NCBI GenBank assembly: GCA_021813945.1
Contig: JAKAJD010000003.1
Span: forward strand, 109,193-173,192
Direction: 5' to 3'
DNA length: 64,000 nt
From: a bacterium
GTDB taxonomy: Bacteria; Patescibacteriota; Microgenomatia; Curtissbacterales; GWA2-41-24
Below the pieces are notes generated by a model, which made no database searches, was not told the DNA's origin, and saw only the letters and a list, made by a program, of their open reading frames with translations. Positions 57,749-64,000 of the stretch are shown here, one piece after another; the first letter of the stretch is position 1; each line of letters opens with the position of its first letter. The translations under genes were made by a program, and so were the position numbers.

Positions 57749-59875
57749 ATGAGAAAATACCTGCCGGTTATTCTGGGCGTTTTTTCTTTTCTGCTGCCGC
57801 TTGGACTTTACTTAAAAACGCTTTCGCCAACTTATATTCCGGTTGATTCGGCCGAGTTTACACTTTGTATTAAATTCTGGGGCCTTTGCCATCCGCCGGG
57901 GTTTCCATTTTATATTTTCTTGGGGCATATTTTAACTTCAGTTTTTACCTTTGGAAGCCTTATTTTTAGAGTTAATTTTCTTTCAGCTTTGTATGCGGCC
58001 ATGACAATTTTAGTTGTATATATGACCCTTCTTCGTGTCGGCGTGAAAGGACCTTTGGCGTTTTTGGTTTCAATGATTTTGACGGTTTCAGCAGCTTTTT
58101 GGGAATATTCAATTTCTGCAGATGTCTTTTCGTTTGCAACTTTGCTTTTAGCACTAACTTTCCTTTTTACGTTTTGGGAGAAGCCGATACTTGCCTTTTT
58201 GGCTTTGGGATTTTCGGCTTCCCATTTTTACATTACGGTAATTTTAGTGCCGATTCTGATTTGGTATTTTAGGAAAAAAGGGGATAAGGGAGACGGAGGA
58301 AACAAAATTTGGAATTTTAGCTGGAAGGGAATTAAATTTGGAGATCTGGTAATTTGGGGAATTTTTTTCAGCTTAGGTTTTGTAGGCCAGATTCTCATGA
58401 TAGCCCGCATGCAGCAGGACCCGGTTATCAATTGGGGCCACGCCAAGGGAATAAGCGGCATCATTTACTATCTGAGGCGCAAGGAATTCGGATCGATTTT
58501 TCTGATTAAAAACCCGGTTTTAACCTTTTCGGTTATTAAATACGCTAAGCACATTTACGTTTATCTTCTAGATATTGTGGTGGGATTCGGTGTAGTCTTG
58601 CCTATTTTAGTGCCACTGGGGCTTGCTAAAGAAGGTTTGTGGCGAGAAAAGAAGGTAATTTTTCTGATCTTAAGCTGGCTTTTTGTGATTTTAGTGCAGC
58701 TTTTCTTGCTATCGACCATTGATCCGCTGGGAGCGGATAACCCTTTTCAGATAACTAAGTTTTATTTAGTTTCTTATGTGCCGCTGGTTATTTTAGTAGG
58801 AATGGCTACGCAAAAGTTTGTAGATTGGTTTTTTGAAGGAGATGGTACGTATGTCAATTTGCTTTTGGGGGCGGTGGTCGTTGTTTACCTTCTTTCCAGC
58901 TTTAAATCGCATAATTTGAGCAAAAACTACTTCTCAGAGAAAATGGTTGAAGATGCTATGGATCAGTTGCCGAATGGGTCTGTTGGCATAACAGTTTCCC
59001 ATGTTTTTTACTTCGGAGGACTTTATGAGCAGAAAATTAACGGAAAATATGGCGGGGTGACGCTACTTTATTTCCCGAACGAATATAACCGCGATAACGA
59101 GGGATATCACCCTGATCTTTTTTCCGGAAAGGTGGATGAAGCATTTATTGCCAAGGTTCGGGGAGCAAATCAGCTGGGAAATGCGGAAAACTATATTCTT
59201 GAAACAATCTCCAAAAATCCGGGACGGGACATTTATATTTTGCAAGGAACGTTTGAAGAAGGATTTTTTAAATATCTGGATCCGTATAAAGTACCTTACG
59301 GCTTGTGGTGGAGGGTTGCTAGAAATCCGGCTGAAAAACCGGATTTGGAGAAAATTTTTGGCCTACTTTCGGGACTTAGAAACGACGGCGTCAAATACAG
59401 CGATTTTGCTTTTAAACAGCAAAAGATGGACACGATGCTTTATGCCGTTTCTTATAATTCGACCGGAGTTTTGGCGGCAAAGTATGGGCAATGGGATAGG
59501 GCAGTCGCGTTTCTTGAAAAAAGCGATGCAGTGCAACCGGGGAATGCCAATGTTAAAGCAGAAATGGAGCTTGTTAAAAAGGTGAAGGATTTATGGGGGC
59601 GGGAAGGGGATCTTTTAGGGGCTAAAGATGTTTCGACGTTGTCTGATTTGGGAAACGGACTTTTTAATTTGGGAAATTACGAAGGGTGTGTAAAGGTTTA
59701 TGCGGACGTTTTAAAAATTGAGCAAAAGGCTCCCGATTACAATAACTTGGCTTCGTGTCTTGCTTCGTCCGGGAATCTTGCTGAAGCAAAAGCGAATTAC
59801 GAAAAAGCGTTGGCTTTGGATCCAAATCTGGATATGGCAAAACAAGGTTTGGCGAAGGTGAATGAGCAAAGATAA
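57749..59875 (+). CDS. polytopic membrane protein (DUF2723 / GT-C-like glycosyltransferase architecture) with C-terminal TPR repeats
   Basis: About 11 TM helices in the N-terminal 380 aa (DSAEF...GLCHPPGFPFYIFLGH). C-terminal TPRs (LGNGLFNLGNYEGCVKVYADVL..., NLAEAKANYEKALALDPN). Confidence 0.5.
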   Translation: MRKYLPVILGVFSFLLPLGLYLKTLSPTYIPVDSAEFTLCIKFWGLCHPPGFPFYIFLGHILTSVFTFGSLIFRVNFLSALYAAMTILVVYMTLLRVGVKGPLAFLVSMILTVSAAFWEYSISADVFSFATLLLALTFLFTFWEKPILAFLALGFSASHFYITVILVPILIWYFRKKGDKGDGGNKIWNFSWKGIKFGDLVIWGIFFSLGFVGQILMIARMQQDPVINWGHAKGISGIIYYLRRKEFGSIFLIKNPVLTFSVIKYAKHIYVYLLDIVVGFGVVLPILVPLGLAKEGLWREKKVIFLILSWLFVILVQLFLLSTIDPLGADNPFQITKFYLVSYVPLVILVGMATQKFVDWFFEGDGTYVNLLLGAVVVVYLLSSFKSHNLSKNYFSEKMVEDAMDQLPNGSVGITVSHVFYFGGLYEQKINGKYGGVTLLYFPNEYNRDNEGYHPDLFSGKVDEAFIAKVRGANQLGNAENYILETISKNPGRDIYILQGTFEEGFFKYLDPYKVPYGLWWRVARNPAEKPDLEKIFGLLSGLRNDGVKYSDFAFKQQKMDTMLYAVSYNSTGVLAAKYGQWDRAVAFLEKSDAVQPGNANVKAEMELVKKVKDLWGREGDLLGAKDVSTLSDLGNGLFNLGNYEGCVKVYADVLKIEQKAPDYNNLASCLASSGNLAEAKANYEKALALDPNLDMAKQGLAKVNEQR

Positions 59876-60070
59876 AGGGCAGGCACAGATTTCCAATGCC
59901 GCTCCTCGGATTAAGAATCTTCGGTATTGATATAATTTGTACATGCGGTTTTTGGAATTCATTGCCTCAGTTTTTTTACCGCCTTACCATGTAAAATGGT
60001 TTCTTTTAATACTTTTTTTGTTCCTCTTTGCTTATTTTGGCCCTCCTTTAATAAATTTCCTTTTCGATAA

Positions 60071-60079
60071 CACTGATAT
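60071..60079 (+). promoter_or_regulatory. extended -10 element TGaTATAAT ending 9 nt before the obg ATG (possible leaderless transcript)
   Basis: cacTGaTATAATttctccATG. There is no SD between the -10 and the start codon. Confidence 0.3.
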
Positions 60080-60088
60080 AATTTCTCC

Positions 60089-61069
60089 ATGATCGATTAC
60101 GCAAAAATATCTATTAAGGCCGGTTACGGTGGAGCAGGGTCTGGTTCTTTTGAACATATTAAGGGCAAGCGAAGAGGAAAAGCTGATGGTGGAGACGGTG
60201 GCCGAGGTGGGAACGTTTATTTTGAAGCCACAGGTGATTTGAACACTCTGGAGCCATTCAGGTTTGAAAAAAACTACCAAGCCGAGGCAGGTGGCAATGG
60301 TCTTTCTAAGCGGCGTAAGGGGGCGGAAGGAAAGGATCTTGTTATACGGGTGCCACTTGGAACCCAGGCGTCGAGCCAATCCCAAACTTATGACTTAGTG
60401 CAGCTTGGAGAAAAGGTGCTTATTGCTCGAGGTGGACAGGGAGGCCGGGGAAATTGCCACTTAAGAGATGAGTATGGTAGAAGACCTTTTCGAGGGGAAG
60501 TTGGTGAAGCTGGAGAAGAAATTGAGATAGTTTTGGAGCTTAAACTTATTGCGCAAGTAGGCCTTATCGGACTTCCGAATGCTGGAAAATCGACACTACT
60601 TTCAAAGTTAACTTCGGCAAAACCCAAAATTGCCGATTATCCTTTCACAACTCTCGAGCCGAATATAGGGGTAATCGACAATTTAAAATTTAAAATTTCA
60701 ACTTTAAAATTAGTAGTTGCCGACATTCCCGGACTTATTGAAGGGGCAAGTGAGGGCAAGGGGCTAGGAGATTTGTTTTTGAGGCATATTGAAAGGACCA
60801 GGGTTTTAGTGCATTTGGTTGATGCCACGGGTAGCGATGCGTTTGGAAGTTACCAGACAATCCGGCAAGAACTAAAGGCATACTCCAAAGAACTTGCCAA
60901 AAAGCGGGAAATTGTCGCAGTTAACAAAATTGATCTTGCCGAAACTCAGGTTATTGACCGGATAAAAGGGGAATTTAGCGCCAAGAGAAAAAAGGTTTAT
61001 TTGATATCGGCGGAGACAGGTGAAGGTGTTGACGAGTTGGTACGAGGGATTCTGAAGAGTTTAGGTTAA
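60089..61069 (+). CDS. obg: GTPase Obg (short form, no C-terminal OCT/TGS domain)
   Basis: The Gly-rich N-terminal Obg fold (AGYGGAGSGSF...GGDGGRGGNVYFEA). The G domain has GLPNAGKSTLLS, the TTLEPN G2 region and DIPGLIEGAS. Confidence 0.85.
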   Translation: MIDYAKISIKAGYGGAGSGSFEHIKGKRRGKADGGDGGRGGNVYFEATGDLNTLEPFRFEKNYQAEAGGNGLSKRRKGAEGKDLVIRVPLGTQASSQSQTYDLVQLGEKVLIARGGQGGRGNCHLRDEYGRRPFRGEVGEAGEEIEIVLELKLIAQVGLIGLPNAGKSTLLSKLTSAKPKIADYPFTTLEPNIGVIDNLKFKISTLKLVVADIPGLIEGASEGKGLGDLFLRHIERTRVLVHLVDATGSDAFGSYQTIRQELKAYSKELAKKREIVAVNKIDLAETQVIDRIKGEFSAKRKKVYLISAETGEGVDELVRGILKSLG

Positions 61070-61085
61070 GGGCAGAAAGCTTGGG

Positions 61086-61136
61086 CTAAGGCCAGGCCTT
61101 AGCAGAGGATTTACCAGGTTAAAGCCTGGCCTTTTA
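61086..61136. repeat. REP doublet (ctaaggccaggccttag ... ttaaagcctggccttttac)
   Basis: Lies immediately after the obg stop. The stop itself sits in gttaagggcag. Confidence 0.55.
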
Positions 61137-61175
61137 CCACGTAGTTATCTATCGTCTATTGTCTAAAATCTAAAT

Positions 61176-63497
61176 TTAGAAGCTTGGTTTTTGGGTTGGA
61201 GCTGGGCTCGGTTGAGCTGAAGCTTCCGGGATTGGACTTGGAGAAGGTGAGGGGCTGGCGGATGGTTGGCCCTGTTGTTGTTTAGCGGCTTGTTCTTGAA
61301 GGTCCCTGAGTTGTTTGTTGTAGTCGTCTAGCTTTTTGTTGATATCTGAAAGCGCCGGGTCGTCTGATGGCAGGTATTGTTTGGCTAGTGACAATTCACT
61401 AACAATTGTGGGGACGCTGCCTTTTTTATCAATCAAAAGATTGGCCAGGTTGTAGTGTGCCGGGCCGTAATCACCCTTTGTTATGATGGCATCTTCAAAC
61501 TTTCTTTGGGCTAAATCGGCATTTCCCAACCTCTGGTAAAGAACGCCAAGCCTGTTGTGCAGAATTGGGTTTTGGGGATCTAAAGATACCGCCTGGGCTA
61601 ATGTGTTGGTGGCGTGGACATCTGCTCCTTGGACTGCTCCGATTAAGGCTTGATATACCGCTGCTAACGTTTCCCAGTTGGAAACATTGGCAGCTGAAAT
61701 GCCTGGAAGTTTAAGGGGCAAAATTTGATAGCCTGAGGCGGCTTTTCCTTGGTCTATGGCAACTTGGGCCAGTTGACCTAAAAGTTGTTTTTGGTTGTCG
61801 TTTAAGTCCTTTTGTTGGCTTAGATTGATAGCAGCGTTTAAGGTTGTTTGGGAAAGGGCACGGTGATAAGTGTCGATTGCCGGATTTGCCTGAATGGCTT
61901 GCTGCAGGTATTGAACGGTTTTATTGCCGTTATTGGATTGGGCAGCCAAAAGTGACTGGCGGTAGTAGTATTCGGCCCGGTAAGCATTAACCTGATAAAC
62001 AAGTGCTAAAAAGGAGGCGACTACAACAATAATGCCGAAGATAGCCGGAAGGATTTGAGATTTGGCTCCTTTGGCGCCTGCTTCTGTTTTAAGAAGAGCT
62101 TCACCTTCTCCGGGTGCGGCAATGGGAAACCAAGAGAAACGGTTTTTTAAAGCGGCCAGTTCCAGGGTTACTTCAAAGACGTAATCTTCATTAGTGGCTT
62201 TGGCCAGAACTGCCAACATTGAAAGGGCTAAAAAGAATGACGCATAGCTCGCAAATGAGGACACTGTAAAGAAGCTGGCAATAACATATCCCAAAATAGC
62301 AGCGGCAACTGGCAGGTAGACAAGAGTGTGCTGGCTTTTGAAAATCAGAGACCAGATGAATCTTAAGACGACTACCATAAGCAGTAGGTAAGCCAAGACT
62401 CCAAAGACGCCGGTTGTGGCGATTACATCGGTAAAGTCCGAAGAAGATTTATCGAAACGAACGGCCCAGCTTTGACCACCATTCATAACACGGGGCTTAA
62501 GCTGTGTGTAGACGAACTGGTAGGTGCCAGGGCCAGTCCCAAAAAGCGGTTTTTTACCGATCGCCTGGGCGGCGATGTCCCAAGCAGTTCCAGCCGGAAC
62601 AAGCTGTTCTTTGGGGGTGTCGATTTGTTGCTGCTCGGTTAGACCTTGATCCTTAGAAATGATCCATTGATAGAGCGTACCTTGAGCAACCTGCGGAACA
62701 AAGCGGATTACCAAAAAGAGGATGATAAAAACTGCCAAGACTGCGGCGTGACCCTGCTGGGTTTTGGTCAATTTTACCCTTAAGGTTCCGACAGTTAAAA
62801 AGATGAGGGCGACTGCAAGACCAATGTAGGCCGGTAGATCATTTATTAATATAAAGGAGAAAGCAAGAATCAGGGTGCAGCCGGTTGCGATTATTCTTAT
62901 CAATTTATCTTTTTCATAAATGGCCCAGGAGGCAGCAATTGGGATAACAAGAGCTTCCAAAAGAGCCAGGCGGTTGATGATGCCGACCGGGTTAAAGGAG
63001 CGGATATGTGCAAAATCAAACGGTAGGAAGGCACCAAAGTAGGAAGTTATGGCAACAAGAGCACCGATTGTGGTTGCGCCGACGAGGGTCCAGAGAACTG
63101 TGTTAACTTGGCGTCTGGTTTTTAAGGTTGCAACAGAAACAAAGTAGAATGCAGCAATTATTAAAAGAGGAATGAAGCTGGGCCAGGCCCTGCCCTGAAC
63201 TCCGAAAAAGGAGATGAATTGGTCAATTGAGGAGTAGGCAGCGATAAAATAGACGGCCAAAATCACAAGGATTGGAATGTCTAGCGGGGTTCTAGTAAAG
63301 ACGACTCTTTTTTCAAAAATCATTTTGACTGCCCAAACTATAAAGGAAGCAATTGTAAGTATTAAAAGGGCTGTGAATTTATTGAATTCAAAGAATTCAG
63401 AGGTTGTTGGCAGGAAGAAAAGGGGAGTTAGAAAGGCTGCGGCAACAACCAGCGAAAAGATTATGGATTGTGACAGCTTTAAGAAATTCTCTTTCAT
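61176..63497 (-). CDS. large polytopic membrane protein (O-antigen ligase / Wzy_C-like architecture) with C-terminal TPR repeats and a Ser/Pro-rich tail
   Basis: About 12 TM helices in the N-terminal 480 aa, with a periplasmic-loop-sized hydrophilic insert. C-terminal TPR-like repeats (NRLGVLYQRLGNADLAQRKFEDAI..). Tail QPSASPSPSPSPIPEASAQPSPAPT. Confidence 0.45.
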   Translation of the reverse strand: MKENFLKLSQSIIFSLVVAAAFLTPLFFLPTTSEFFEFNKFTALLILTIASFIVWAVKMIFEKRVVFTRTPLDIPILVILAVYFIAAYSSIDQFISFFGVQGRAWPSFIPLLIIAAFYFVSVATLKTRRQVNTVLWTLVGATTIGALVAITSYFGAFLPFDFAHIRSFNPVGIINRLALLEALVIPIAASWAIYEKDKLIRIIATGCTLILAFSFILINDLPAYIGLAVALIFLTVGTLRVKLTKTQQGHAAVLAVFIILFLVIRFVPQVAQGTLYQWIISKDQGLTEQQQIDTPKEQLVPAGTAWDIAAQAIGKKPLFGTGPGTYQFVYTQLKPRVMNGGQSWAVRFDKSSSDFTDVIATTGVFGVLAYLLLMVVVLRFIWSLIFKSQHTLVYLPVAAAILGYVIASFFTVSSFASYASFFLALSMLAVLAKATNEDYVFEVTLELAALKNRFSWFPIAAPGEGEALLKTEAGAKGAKSQILPAIFGIIVVVASFLALVYQVNAYRAEYYYRQSLLAAQSNNGNKTVQYLQQAIQANPAIDTYHRALSQTTLNAAINLSQQKDLNDNQKQLLGQLAQVAIDQGKAASGYQILPLKLPGISAANVSNWETLAAVYQALIGAVQGADVHATNTLAQAVSLDPQNPILHNRLGVLYQRLGNADLAQRKFEDAIITKGDYGPAHYNLANLLIDKKGSVPTIVSELSLAKQYLPSDDPALSDINKKLDDYNKQLRDLQEQAAKQQQGQPSASPSPSPSPIPEASAQPSPAPTQKPSF

Positions 63498-63573
63498 TTT
63501 AGGCTATATATTCATATAAAATTAGACAACTTTTTTTGTCAAGTACCAAATTGTAACTCCTATGTTTTAGCTT

Positions 63574-63590
63574 CCAAGGCCTGGCCTTGA
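63574..63590. repeat. REP unit ccaaggcctggccttga immediately 3' of the RAYT gene
   Basis: GGCCTGGCC palindrome core. Same family as 56333, 57650 and 61086. Confidence 0.55.
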
Positions 63591-63634
63591 AACGCTGATT
63601 GGAAAAAGTTATAGGGCAATGGTGAGATGATTGT

Positions 63635-64000
63635 TTAGGAATCGTGGGGGAAAATGAGGTGCTGTATTTTATATTGATATTCCTGTTCGGCTTTCACGAA
63701 TTCTCTGTATGAGTTACGTGCTGCATCAATACTAGCATTTTTTGTTTTGAACATCGCCAAAATAAATTTAGTATCCACAATATCATCAACTTTCTCTTCA
63801 ATGTAGGAAGGATAGCTGCTCCAGGAATATGAAGGGAGTTTGGTGACCAGTTTTTTTGGGTTTAGGTGAATATATCTGGAAAGGTGCATTAGATATTCAT
63901 CCTTATTTATGATTTTGGCTTTAAAGCGATCTTGAAAGACATGGCCAATTTGATCATATTTTTTGTTGAAGTACATCGAATATGCAGTGTGGAGCCTTTG
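63635..64000 (-). CDS. REP-associated tyrosine transposase (RAYT, IS200/IS605 TnpA-like Y1 HUH family), C-terminal part; N-terminus beyond the window end
   Basis: GHVFQDRFKAKIINKDEYLMHLSRYIHLNPKKL...YSWSSY closely parallels the RAYT consensus GHLWQGRYKS...YLL.L.RYIE.NPV...YRWSSY. The reading frame stays open to position 64000. Confidence 0.75.
   Translation of the reverse strand, partial: QRLHTAYSMYFNKKYDQIGHVFQDRFKAKIINKDEYLMHLSRYIHLNPKKLVTKLPSYSWSSYPSYIEEKVDDIVDTKFILAMFKTKNASIDAARNSYREFVKAEQEYQYKIQHLIFPHDS

Noticed and set aside
60679-60711. An aatttaaaatttaaaattt tandem motif inside obg, resembling the (aattttaaattt)n in the 49.0 kb non-coding loop.
   Set aside because: In obg it encodes a short in-frame linker (NLKFKISTLK) in a loop that is variable among Obg proteins. 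The low-complexity AT-rich similarity is insufficient to call a mobile insertion.

Overview
This is an AT-rich bacterial window with densely packed genes, short overlapping junctions and frequent GTG/TTG starts. The minimal 16S, the multigene type IV pilin families and the TM+TPR membrane proteins suggest a CPR/Patescibacteria-like organism; this is inference, not a search result.

Ordinary content:
- A collinear MEP-isoprenoid block (dxr-ispD-ispF-ispE-ispG-ispH-polyprenyl synthase-uppS) sits next to a sugar-nucleotide group (GalT/HIT-like, PGI/PMI-like SIS protein, GNAT, glmS).
- Housekeeping genes include pth, acyP, ogt-like, UDG family 4, folC, pgk, a P-type ATPase, gap, PhoU-like/pitA, nnr-like dehydratase, S1-domain protein, radA, yacL-like PIN/TRAM protein, rho, a LysM-M23 peptidase and obg.

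Unusual content:
1. The rRNA operon is fragmented. The 16S at 19.7 kb is separated from tRNA-Ile by pilin genes, and tRNA-Ile is separated from tRNA-Ala-23S by about 13 kb of protein genes. Five coupled ORFs of atypical composition lie between the 23S processing stem and the 5S.
2. There are two clusters of paralogous type IV pilin genes. One pilin has a heptanucleotide repeat in its leader. The clusters also hold a leaderless pilin-like protein and a secreted protein with a C-terminal sorting-signal-like tail.
3. A roughly 1 kb non-coding island with promoter/terminator pairs precedes a small ORF, a 1455-aa protein with a C-terminal GT-A glycosyltransferase domain, and a TP-repeat surface protein with an SPETG sorting signal.
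4. A family of GGCC(A/T)GGCC palindromic (REP-like) elements is concentrated in the last 15 kb. A REP-associated tyrosine transposase (RAYT) gene is truncated at the window end.
5. Three large polytopic membrane proteins carry C-terminal TPR repeats (GT-C / O-antigen-ligase-like).
6. A membrane-anchored Clp-like AAA+ ATPase has a degenerate D1 Walker A motif.
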